NCBI GenBank assembly: GCA_029210695.1
Contig: JARGFH010000001.1
Location: 119,769 to 139,768, forward strand
DNA: 20,000 nt
Direction of reading: 5' to 3'
DNA from: Acidimicrobiia bacterium
Lineage (GTDB): Bacteria > Actinomycetota > Acidimicrobiia > Spongiisociales > JAHEDJ01
Every line of letters starts with the position of its first letter. The stretch's first letter is position 1. The position numbers were made by a program, and so were the translations under genes. Under the pieces are notes generated by a model, which saw nothing but the letters and a program-made list of their open reading frames with translations, had not been told where the DNA came from and did no database searches. Shown here one piece after another: positions 8,453-16,608 of this stretch.

Positions 8453-9259
8453 AACCAGGCCGGCCGCGATCAGAGCAGCGGCCCGCAGGCGCCGGGCGCC
8501 CAGAGGTTCCTTGAGGATCAACCATCCACCGAGCGCGCCGAACACGACAGACGTTTCCCGAACGGCGGCCACCAGCCCGAGCGGGGCAGACCGCGCCGCG
8601 ACCAAGACGAGTCCGTAGGCGCCCGCCGAAGCGATACCGGCAAAGACATACCGCCACTGCTCTCTTCGCACTGCAGTCCCGAGTCGCGCCCACCCATGCG
8701 ACCAGACGACGATCGGCGTGAACAAGAGGGCACCGGTCACAAACACCGTGATCGTGTATGCGAAGCTCTCCCCAAGCCACCTCACGGCGGCGCCGTCGAT
8801 ACTGGTGTAGGTGGCGATGAATGCTGCAGTGACCAATGCCCACCAGGACCCGCCACCGCCCCGCGGTATGCCGGTGATCAGAACACCGGTAGTCAGTATC
8901 AGGATGGCCCCCAAGCCGACCACGCCCGGTCGGTCATCGAGGAAGGCAAAGGCAACCACGGTGATGAATAGGGGCGCCGCCCCCCGGGCGATGGGGTAAA
9001 CGACCGATAGGTCCGCCCGCTCGTACGCCGTCACCAACGACAGGCTGTAGGCGACATGGATGAACCCGGAAACAAGGAAATAGGGCCACGCACTCCAGGG
9101 AATTCCAACCGTCAGCAGAAACGGCAGGAACACCAGTGCGCCGAAGAACACCTGCGCCCATCCGGCCACCAGGCGATCGTTGCTCGCCTTGACCAGCAGA
9201 TTCCAAGAGGCATGCAACAGCGCGGCGGCGAGCACCAGCACGAAGGCGGTCCAGGCGAT
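8432..9259 (-). CDS. EamA/DMT family transporter (start uncertain: 9259/9262 ATC, 9301 GTG or 9340 ATG)
   Basis: LHASWNLLVK, DLSVVYPIARG and AAVRETSVVFG motifs, many TM segments; 3' end overlaps the nitroreductase by 21 bp. Confidence 0.85.
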   Translation of the reverse strand: MAWTAFVLVLAAALLHASWNLLVKASNDRLVAGWAQVFFGALVFLPFLLTVGIPWSAWPYFLVSGFIHVAYSLSLVTAYERADLSVVYPIARGAAPLFITVVAFAFLDDRPGVVGLGAILILTTGVLITGIPRGGGGSWWALVTAAFIATYTSIDGAAVRWLGESFAYTITVFVTGALLFTPIVVWSHGWARLGTAVRREQWRYVFAGIASAGAYGLVLVAARSAPLGLVAAVRETSVVFGALGGWLILKEPLGARRLRAAALIAAGLVLLAFAG

Positions 9260-9385
9260 GATGGCTCCTTTCCCAGCGGATTGTACGGGTGACGCCCGCA
9301 CCCGGGCCTTCCGCTCACAGCAAAAGCCTGCCCTCTGCATGAATCCTGTCGGGGCTAGCCTGGACCGTAATCAGAGAGGAGAGGG

Positions 9386-10384
9386 ATGAGTTCCGAGCAG
9401 ATCGCTTCAGTGCGCCTGGCCGTCACGGCGTCACTGATCGAAGGCGATGCGGGAGGCGCGTTCCATCTCATCCAGAGTCTCCTCGAACAGGGCATCCCGT
9501 TCGACGTCGTCCTCTTCGACATCGTCGCCGTTGCCTACTCCGACTTCGGTAGAAGATGGCAAGCAGGCGACTATCGGATCGGCGACGAGCATGCAGCAAC
9601 CGGTACCGTCGAGAACCTGCTCGCCCTGCTGGCCGGATCGTTTGATCTGCCGGATGATGGCGAACCCGTGGTCCTCGCTGCGGCAGAAGGCGACCACCAT
9701 TCACTGCCGGTCAGGCTCGCTTCTGCTCATCTGCTGTCCCTCGGGTACCGGGTGCGCTATCTGGGATCGAACATGGAAGCCAACGATCTGGGCGCGTATC
9801 TCCTGGATGAACCACCGAAGGCCCTGATCCTGTCTTGCGCCATACCGACACTCCTCCCCGGGGCGCGGGCCGGCATTCGGGCGGCTCATGGCGCTGGAGT
9901 GCCGATATTAGGTGGCGGCTCCGGGTTCGGACCGAACGGAATCTGGGCGTACGCCGTCGGTGCCGACGCCTGGGTCGCTTCGCCACGCGAGATCGATGAA
10001 GTCCTGAGAACCTGGGAGCCGGATATCGAGACCGCCGAGCAAATGGTGCTCCCCGCGCCGCCGGAGATGGCGGTGATCGAGCGGCACCGCCACGACATCC
10101 TGGCGGCCGCAATCGCCGCACTGGACAACCCGGACCGCCGGTTGGTCGACGAACTCTCCCTTCTGCTTGATGCCGTGGAATCCACGCTGCTGGTCGATGA
10201 CCCGTCGCTTCTCTCCCACTTCACGACATGGCAATCCTCGATGTTGTCTTCGCACGGGTTCGCCGAACAGACGCCGGCGCAGCTGCGACGAGCGCTGTCC
10301 GTCCGTCTGAGGGAGCTGGCTCCCGCTGCTGCCGATCTGCTTAATCAGCACCCCTTCGAGCCTCCGCCAGCCGCCCCACTGTGA
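9386..10384 (+). CDS. Cobalamin-binding domain protein (CarH/AerR-like sensor) with a helical C-terminal domain and no HTH
   Basis: W-x9-EH (WQAGDYRIGDEH), EGDHHSL, YLGSN, LILSC, ILGGGSG, GADAW; purine-rich SD upstream. Confidence 0.82.
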   Translation: MSSEQIASVRLAVTASLIEGDAGGAFHLIQSLLEQGIPFDVVLFDIVAVAYSDFGRRWQAGDYRIGDEHAATGTVENLLALLAGSFDLPDDGEPVVLAAAEGDHHSLPVRLASAHLLSLGYRVRYLGSNMEANDLGAYLLDEPPKALILSCAIPTLLPGARAGIRAAHGAGVPILGGGSGFGPNGIWAYAVGADAWVASPREIDEVLRTWEPDIETAEQMVLPAPPEMAVIERHRHDILAAAIAALDNPDRRLVDELSLLLDAVESTLLVDDPSLLSHFTTWQSSMLSSHGFAEQTPAQLRRALSVRLRELAPAAADLLNQHPFEPPPAAPL

Positions 10385-11160
10385 ACGAGGCCATCTACTT
10401 GCGCGATGGCGACTGGTTCGTGCCGACCCGGTTTGCGGGCGGGCCCTGGTCGGCTGATGCGCAACACGGTGGACCTCCCAGCGCCCTGCTGGGCGGAGCG
10501 ATGGAACGCATCGAGCCGGCGGAGATGTTCCTCGCGCGCATAACCATCGAGTTGCTCAGGCCGGTTCGGATGGTTCCGCACCGTGTTGAGGTTGAAATGT
10601 TTCGACCGGGGAAACGAGTTCAACTCATCGGTGCCCGATTGCTGTCGGCCGAGGGTGAGGTCGCCAGAGCCACCGCGTTGCGGATCCGGGCAGACGACGA
10701 GATCGATCCCGGGCCGCCACTTCATGCGGAGCCACCACCCGACCCGCCCGAAGAAGGCATCGAACGGGCGGCCTTTGCCGGGTTCCCGCACTTCTTCGCC
10801 GATGCCGTCGAAGTTCGCTACCTGGCCGGCGGCGCCGACATTGCCGGACCGGCAACCGCGTGGATCCGATTGGCGATCCCTCTGGTTGATGGCGAAGAGC
10901 CCAGCCAATTGCAGCGAGTGGTCGTTGCCGCCGATACCGGCAATGGAATCAGCTCAGAGCTTGATTTCCGGGAATACGTCTTCATCAATCCGGACCTAAC
11001 GGTTTATCTCCATCGGGCTCTTATCGGCGAATGGGTGTTGTTGAATGCCGTGACGGACATCTCATCCGGCACCGGCCTCGCTCAATCAGCCCTATCGGAT
11101 CAGCACGGCGCAATAGGGCGGTCACTCCAGGCGCTGTACGTCAACCACCAACGCCGCTAG
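10381..11160 (+). CDS. Acyl-CoA thioesterase-like double-hotdog protein
   Basis: GPWSADAQHGGPPSALL, RPGKRVQL, AADTGNGIS, FINPDLTVYLHR, GRSLQAL; GTGA overlap with the upstream gene. Confidence 0.88.
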   Translation: MNEAIYLRDGDWFVPTRFAGGPWSADAQHGGPPSALLGGAMERIEPAEMFLARITIELLRPVRMVPHRVEVEMFRPGKRVQLIGARLLSAEGEVARATALRIRADDEIDPGPPLHAEPPPDPPEEGIERAAFAGFPHFFADAVEVRYLAGGADIAGPATAWIRLAIPLVDGEEPSQLQRVVVAADTGNGISSELDFREYVFINPDLTVYLHRALIGEWVLLNAVTDISSGTGLAQSALSDQHGAIGRSLQALYVNHQRR

Positions 11161-11187
11161 TCGCAATGGGCGGCGTAGTCTGATTTC

Positions 11188-12285
11188 GTGAAGATATCTG
11201 CCGTTGAATTGCGCTTGCTCTCCACCAAGCTGATCGAACCGTTCAATACCTCGTACGGTTCGATCGTCGATCGGACACCCATCATCGTGCGCGTGTTCGG
11301 CGAAGGCTACGAGGGATGGGCCGAGTGCCCGGCAGATGTGGCGCCGTCCCCGGATCGCAATCCGGTGGCCGTTGCCTGGAGTGCGCTGGAATACCGGTTG
11401 TCCGGGCAAGTGCTCGGCTTCGAGATCGGGCACCCGGTGGATCTCAACCTGGACCAATCGTTGCCGCGACCGGCTATCGCCGCGCTGGAGATGGCGGTGT
11501 GGGATCTCCATGCACGATCGCTCGGCCTTCCCCTCTGGCACGTACTGCAAGGAACTCAGCGCCCCGTCGCAGCCGGTGTCGTAGTCGGGATCGCCGATTC
11601 GTTGCCGGACTTCCTCGAAGTGGTCGCCCGGCGCGTCGACGAAGGCTATCGGCGTGTGAAAGTGAAGATCAGACCGGGTTGGGATCTCGAACCGCTTCAG
11701 CTGATCAGGTCCGGCTGGCCCGGACTGGCCGTCTCGGCCGATGCCAACGGGGCCTATTCATCACTTGATACGACGCACCTGCAGGCCCTCGATGAGTTCG
11801 ATCTTCAATACCTGGAGCAACCATTTCCGGCGCCGGACATCGAAGAACACGCCCGGCTGGCCGAGACGATCTCCACTCCCGTCTGCCTCGATGAATCACT
11901 CCAGGATCGGAGCAGCGTCCACGCCGCGCTCAGCCTCCACCCCGGATTTGTGATCAACGCCAAGCCGTCCCGTCTCGGGGGTCACGTCGAGACGCTGGCG
12001 GTGCACCGCCTCGCAGTGGATGCAGATGCTGATCTGTGGTGTGGTGGATACCTGGAAACCGGCATCGGGCGGGCCCATCTCGTGGCGGTGGCAACCCTCC
12101 CGGGCTTCACCCTCCCCGGGGACATCTCCGCCTCGGCACGCTACTGGGAACGTGATCTCACACAACCTTCGTGGACTCTCAGTGAGGGCGCACTGCATCC
12201 GGCCACGGCTCCCGGCATCGGCGTCGAAGTCGATATCGGGTTGCTCGAGCGTCTGACGACTCGCAGAATCTTCCTCGAAGTGTAA
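11188..12285 (+). CDS. menC: o-succinylbenzoate synthase / N-succinylamino acid racemase (enolase superfamily)
   Basis: Catalytic KVK, metal ligands DAN/EQP/DES, INAKPSRLGG, WCGGYLETGIGRA, PGDISAS. Confidence 0.85.
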   Translation: MKISAVELRLLSTKLIEPFNTSYGSIVDRTPIIVRVFGEGYEGWAECPADVAPSPDRNPVAVAWSALEYRLSGQVLGFEIGHPVDLNLDQSLPRPAIAALEMAVWDLHARSLGLPLWHVLQGTQRPVAAGVVVGIADSLPDFLEVVARRVDEGYRRVKVKIRPGWDLEPLQLIRSGWPGLAVSADANGAYSSLDTTHLQALDEFDLQYLEQPFPAPDIEEHARLAETISTPVCLDESLQDRSSVHAALSLHPGFVINAKPSRLGGHVETLAVHRLAVDADADLWCGGYLETGIGRAHLVAVATLPGFTLPGDISASARYWERDLTQPSWTLSEGALHPATAPGIGVEVDIGLLERLTTRRIFLEV

Positions 12286-12306
12286 CGACCGGCCACTTTC
12301 TGCGAC
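12281..12306 (+). promoter_or_regulatory. Putative ECF-sigma promoter TGTAAC-N16-CGAC
   Basis: TGTAAC at 12281-12286, 16-nt spacer, CGAC at 12303-12306, just upstream of the GGAGG SD and ATG at 12328; an ECF sigma gene lies downstream. Confidence 0.55.
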
Positions 12307-12327
12307 TTTGTATGCGGAGGCTCAGTA

Positions 12328-13170
12328 ATGGACCCGTACAACAATCTTCGTGCATACGGAGAAGCGCTGATCGACAGTGTCGATTCTGCGCGTGCCGAGG
12401 TGGTGGCCGTTCGTGCCCTTGCGGCCCCCTCGGCGGGTCTTCCTCTACGCCGGCGCCTCCTGGCGATCGCCGCGGCCGCCGCAACCTTCATCAGCGGGAA
12501 CGTCGGCATGGCGATGGCCGCCGATTCCGCGGTTCCGGGCGACCTCCTCTACGGTCTCGACCGGGCGTATGAGCAGTTGAGCGAACTGGTCGGACTAGGC
12601 GGCGACCACCGCGACGAACGCCTCGAAGAGGCCGCCCAGCTTGCCTCGGCCGGCAATCCTGCCGATGCACTCGACGCCGTGATCGAGCAAATCGAGGCCC
12701 TCAAGACCGAGCCCGCCGTCGACGTGTCAGAGCTGGACACGGCGGTTGTCGCCGTCACTGAGGCTCGTGACCGCGCCCTGGAGGTATCCGGGAACCAGAC
12801 GGCGCAGGACAAGACCGACCAGGCGAAAAAGATCGTGTCCCTCGCCCATCAGATCGCCGATGCCGTCCAAGACCCGAGCTTGGACCGGGGGCAAATCAAG
12901 AAGCTCATCGATTTGCTCAAGTCTGCTGCTCAAGATAACGGCAACGGCAACGGCAACGCATACGGCCGTGACAAAGACAACGGGCAAGGTCGGCCTGAAG
13001 ATCCCGGCAATAGGGGGATCGCGGGAACTCGGGTCAGACCCCCAAACCCTGACCTGAAGCGGGGCGGGTCAACGGTTCGACTCATGACGCTGAACGCGCT
13101 CTCCATCCGCTGCCGAAACGCACGATCCAGCCCACCCGATCTGGCACCATGCAGCGGGTGCAGCCGGTAA
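12328..13170 (+). CDS. DUF5667-like single-TM/exported protein, possible anti-sigma factor (true end may be 13052)
   Basis: RRRLLAIAAAAATFISG hydrophobic segment, AADSAVPGDLLYGLDRAYE and ERLEEA motifs, Gly/Asn-rich tail with (AACGGC)3 at 12937-12954. Confidence 0.65.
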   Translation: MDPYNNLRAYGEALIDSVDSARAEVVAVRALAAPSAGLPLRRRLLAIAAAAATFISGNVGMAMAADSAVPGDLLYGLDRAYEQLSELVGLGGDHRDERLEEAAQLASAGNPADALDAVIEQIEALKTEPAVDVSELDTAVVAVTEARDRALEVSGNQTAQDKTDQAKKIVSLAHQIADAVQDPSLDRGQIKKLIDLLKSAAQDNGNGNGNAYGRDKDNGQGRPEDPGNRGIAGTRVRPPNPDLKRGGSTVRLMTLNALSIRCRNARSSPPDLAPCSGCSR

Positions 13171-13742
13171 ACCCCAGGAATCAAGAACCATTGGAATGGC
13201 CTCCCAGCGCCGGCACGGTCGATCGATGCCGGGAAGGCGATCGGGAAGCGCTCACTCTCGTTCTCCGGGGTGGGTTTCCTCGCCTGGTCGCCTTCTTCAT
13301 CGGTGCGGGGGTATCTCCCGGCGAGGCCGACGACCTGGCAGCCGATTCGTGTGAGGGTTTCGTCAAGAACATCTCGAAACTGCGGGAAACCGGGGCGTTC
13401 GAAGCATGGTTCTGGGCGATCGCTCGCGCCAAGCTGCGGACGTGGATTCGCAAACGACGCAGACCGGGCCGGTTCGAGCCGGTCGGCGCGGCCGGCATCA
13501 CACCCGCCGAAGCGGTGGTTGAAGGCGAGGAGCACGCCGACATAACCAGGGCGCTGCAACATCTGTCACCCAAGGACCGCCAGCTGCTGTGGCTGCGAGA
13601 GGTCGAAGGGCTGTCGTATGAAGAGATCGGTGGACGGCTCCGCACGGCGGCGGGTACGGTGCGTGTCGCGTGTCACCGAGCCAGGAAACGGCTCGAGACC
13701 GCCTACGAAGAGGTGGCAGGCGAGCAACCGGAGCCCGGCTAA
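13149..13742 (+). CDS. ECF RNA polymerase sigma-70 factor
   Basis: Region 2 (EADDLAAD...FEAWFWAIAR) and region 4 (LSPKDRQLLWLREVEGLSYEEIG...GTVRVACHRARKRL); start uncertain. Confidence 0.9.
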   Translation: MQRVQPVNPRNQEPLEWPPSAGTVDRCREGDREALTLVLRGGFPRLVAFFIGAGVSPGEADDLAADSCEGFVKNISKLRETGAFEAWFWAIARAKLRTWIRKRRRPGRFEPVGAAGITPAEAVVEGEEHADITRALQHLSPKDRQLLWLREVEGLSYEEIGGRLRTAAGTVRVACHRARKRLETAYEEVAGEQPEPG

Positions 13743-13751
13743 CGTCGCATC

Positions 13752-14552
13752 GTGGCCGAACTCATCACCTCACTGCAGAATCCGCGCATCAAATCGTTGG
13801 TGCGCCTCAGAAACCGCCGCGAACGTGATCGGACGCAACGATTCCTCATCGAGGGGTACCGCGAGTTACGTCGAGCCGTCGACCGGCGGGTATCCGTCGA
13901 AGCTCTCTTCGTATGCGAAGAGCTGTTCCTGGGCAGCAACGAACCCCAACTGATCCACGACGCCCGATCCACGGGTGCCGAGGTCATCGAGGTCGGAGCG
14001 GATGCGTTCACCAAGGTCAGCTATCGCGACCGTCCCGAAGGCCTGATTGCAGTGGCGCAGCAGTTCGAGACGGATCTCGGTTCATTGGAGTCGGCCCCGG
14101 ACGCTCTCTATCTGATCGTCGAGTCAATCGAGAAGCCGGGCAACCTCGGCACCATGTTGCGTACTGCCGATGCCGCCGGCGTCACCGCCGTCATCGTCGC
14201 CGATCCGACGACCGACCCATTCAATCCCAACGTGGTCCGTGCCTCACTCGGATGCCTCTTCACCGTGCCGCTCGGAATCGCCGCCACCGGCGAAACGCTG
14301 CGATGGCTGGAGCAGTCGGGCATCCGCACGATCGCTACCACGCCCGATGCATCGACCTTGCTCTGGGAGGCCGACCTCACCGGTGCAGTGGCCATCGTTG
14401 TCGGGAGCGAACAGTACGGGTTGAGCGACGCATGGTTCGAGGCTGCCGGCGACCGAGTTCGCATTCCCATGAGCGGCGAAGCCGACAGCCTCAATGCGGC
14501 GATGGCAGCCGGAGTCGCGCTATTCGAGGCGGTCCGTCAGCGAAGCCGCTAA
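13752..14552 (+). CDS. TrmH/SpoU family RNA 2'-O-methyltransferase
   Basis: ITSLQNPRIK, EKPGNLGTMLRTADAAG, VGSEQYGL, IPMSGEADSLNAA. Confidence 0.93.
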   Translation: MAELITSLQNPRIKSLVRLRNRRERDRTQRFLIEGYRELRRAVDRRVSVEALFVCEELFLGSNEPQLIHDARSTGAEVIEVGADAFTKVSYRDRPEGLIAVAQQFETDLGSLESAPDALYLIVESIEKPGNLGTMLRTADAAGVTAVIVADPTTDPFNPNVVRASLGCLFTVPLGIAATGETLRWLEQSGIRTIATTPDASTLLWEADLTGAVAIVVGSEQYGLSDAWFEAAGDRVRIPMSGEADSLNAAMAAGVALFEAVRQRSR

Positions 14553-14620
14553 CGGCCAGCCTGCCCTCGTCTTTCCACCCGCCACTACCCGTCCCCGGGT
14601 ACTCATCGATGCAGCGCCGC

Positions 14621-14830
14621 CTACTCCTCGACCTCCTCGATAGCATCGGATCTATCGCACCAGCGACACACCACCTTGACGATCTTGCGCTCGATGATGT
14701 CCTCGTCTTCGACGGTCAGCTCTCCGCCCAGCGAATAATGATGAAACCGCCGACGGGTAAGCGAGTCGACGACGTCGAATCTCGTCTTGTTTCCACACGC
14801 CGCGCACCGGTATCGAACGATCTCAGTCAT
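14621..14830 (-). CDS. Small Zn-ribbon-like hypothetical protein (69 aa)
   Basis: CAACGNKTRFDV...VCRWC, two CxxC pairs; TACACT 7 nt upstream of ATG at 14830. Confidence 0.75.
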   Translation of the reverse strand: MTEIVRYRCAACGNKTRFDVVDSLTRRRFHHYSLGGELTVEDEDIIERKIVKVVCRWCDRSDAIEEVEE

Positions 14831-14886
14831 CAATCCGAGTGTACCGGTGGAACCCTTCACACCGACTATGCCTTACCCACCAATTC

Positions 14887-14916
14887 TTGACATCGAACAT
14901 ACGTTCGGAGTAGTTT
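14887..14916 (+). promoter_or_regulatory. Housekeeping-sigma promoter for the DEDD/GIY-YIG gene
   Basis: -35 TTGACA at 14887-14892, 18-nt spacer, -10 TAGTTT at 14911-14916. Confidence 0.65.
14894..14907. promoter_or_regulatory. LexA (SOS) box
   Basis: CGAAC-ATAC-GTTCG, a perfect match to the Gram-positive/actinobacterial consensus, lying in the promoter spacer upstream of a DNA-repair nuclease gene. Confidence 0.88.
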
Positions 14917-14948
14917 CAGGCGTCAGCAAAGCACGAGGACGGCGACGG

Positions 14949-16565
14949 ATGGCGCTGGCTATACAACGGACTTTCGACGAACTCGGCGCTCCCCTGTTCG
15001 AGGTCCCGTTCTGTGTTCTGGATCTCGAAACAACCGGTGGATCGGCCGCCGACTGTGAGATAACCGAGATCGGGGCAGTGATCTACCGGGGTGGCGAGCT
15101 CACCGGTACTTACCAAACGCTCGTCAACCCGGGCAGCGAGATCCCGCCGTTCATCACGATCCTCACCGGCATCACCCAGGCGATGGTGATCGAGGCGCCG
15201 CGGATCGAAGAGGCGCTGCCTTCGTTCCTGGAGTTCATCGGTGACGCCGTCATCGTCGGCCACAACGTCCGGTTCGACCTGAGCTTCCTCAATGCCGCCG
15301 CGCAGCGGCTGGGCTACGGAAGGCTGCCCAACCGCTCGGTCGACACCGCCGCGCTGGCCAGACGACTGGTGCGAAACGAAGTACGAAATCTCAAGTTACA
15401 GACCCTGGCCGCCCACTTCCGATCCCCCACCACGCCCAACCACCGGGCACTCGAGGATGCCAGGGCGACCGCCCATGTTCTTCATTCGCTGCTCGAACGG
15501 GCCGGCATACTCGGGGTCACGGCACTCGAGGACCTCCTTCAGCTACCGACGGCCCGCGGGTCTACCCACTACCGGAAGATCAGCCTCGCCGACGACCTCC
15601 CGCGCCGGCCGGGCGTCTACTTCTTCAAGGACCGCAACGGCGCTGTGTTCTACGTCGGAAAGGCCAAGAACCTCCGCACCCGGGTTCGGTCCTACTTCTA
15701 CGGCGACACCCGCCGCACCGTTGCCAACATGCTGCGCGAGCTAGAGGAGGTCGACTACCTGGTTTGCGAGACCGAACTCGAAGCGGAAATCACCGAGTTG
15801 CGACTCATTCACGCCCACCGCCCCCGCTACAACCGCCGCTCCAAACCGCCCAAGTCATCACACTGGGTGAAACTGACCGACGAGCGATTCCCCCGTCTCT
15901 CGATCGTGCGGACGGTCAAGGAGAACGGCCTGCTGTACCTCGGCCCCTTCCGCAACCGCCGCAGTGCGGAGATGATCATCAATGCGCTCTGGGACGCAAC
16001 GCAGATCCGACGTTGCGCAGGCAGACCGGGTAGTCGTCAGGGTCCGTGCGCTCCCGCCCAACTCGGGGTCGCCCTTTGCCCGTGCGACGGAACCCTCGAT
16101 GAGAGCCGGTATAGCGAAGTGGTGGCGTTGCTGCTGGCCGGCGTGGACACCAATGCATCGCTCCTGCTCGGGCCACTCGAAGACCGGATGCTCGAACACT
16201 CGGCAGCAGCACGTTTCGAAGAAGCAGGCTGGCTCAGGGACCGCCATCGATCGCTCGCCAGAGCCATCAACCGCCGCCACGCCTGGCAAGCCCTGAGCGG
16301 TGGCGGAGTCATGATGATCGAGGATGCGCACGGAGATGGAGCAATGATCGAACAGGGCAGGCTGATCTCGGCCTGGTCGGCCGTGCAACGCCCGCTCGTT
16401 CCGACCCCGGCACTGCCGGACGCTCCCCCGCCGGAGGTACCCCCATCTGTGGCCGACGCCGAGGAGGCCCACCTCGTTTGGCAGTGGCTCCAGCGGGCGG
16501 GCGTGAAGCTGATCGATGCCACCGGAGCATTGTCGCTTCCCGTTCAGCGGGTCATCGAGATCTGA
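14949..16565 (+). CDS. DEDDh (DnaQ-like) exonuclease fused to a UvrC/Cho-like GIY-YIG endonuclease (Rv2191-like)
   Basis: LDLETTG, GHNVRFD, HRALEDA; GVYFF...YVGKAKNLRTRVRSYF; four-Cys cluster; UVR-like RFEEAGWLRDR. Confidence 0.9.
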   Translation: MALAIQRTFDELGAPLFEVPFCVLDLETTGGSAADCEITEIGAVIYRGGELTGTYQTLVNPGSEIPPFITILTGITQAMVIEAPRIEEALPSFLEFIGDAVIVGHNVRFDLSFLNAAAQRLGYGRLPNRSVDTAALARRLVRNEVRNLKLQTLAAHFRSPTTPNHRALEDARATAHVLHSLLERAGILGVTALEDLLQLPTARGSTHYRKISLADDLPRRPGVYFFKDRNGAVFYVGKAKNLRTRVRSYFYGDTRRTVANMLRELEEVDYLVCETELEAEITELRLIHAHRPRYNRRSKPPKSSHWVKLTDERFPRLSIVRTVKENGLLYLGPFRNRRSAEMIINALWDATQIRRCAGRPGSRQGPCAPAQLGVALCPCDGTLDESRYSEVVALLLAGVDTNASLLLGPLEDRMLEHSAAARFEEAGWLRDRHRSLARAINRRHAWQALSGGGVMMIEDAHGDGAMIEQGRLISAWSAVQRPLVPTPALPDAPPPEVPPSVADAEEAHLVWQWLQRAGVKLIDATGALSLPVQRVIEI

Positions 16566-16608
16566 GGCTGTCGAACGCCGATCACTACTCGATCTCTACT
16601 ATGCCCGT

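Noticed and set aside
9263..9385. Cobalamin riboswitch upstream of the B12-binding gene
   Set aside because: The region is short and lacks a recognisable B12 box and core structure; a lone GGGAA is insufficient.
12937..12958. (AACGGC)3 microsatellite
   Set aside because: In-frame Asn-Gly low-complexity coding repeat, ordinary for such tails.
14787..14948. N-terminal extension of the DEDD nuclease ORF
   Set aside because: It runs through the promoter, the LexA box and the divergent gene; ATG at 14949 fits better.
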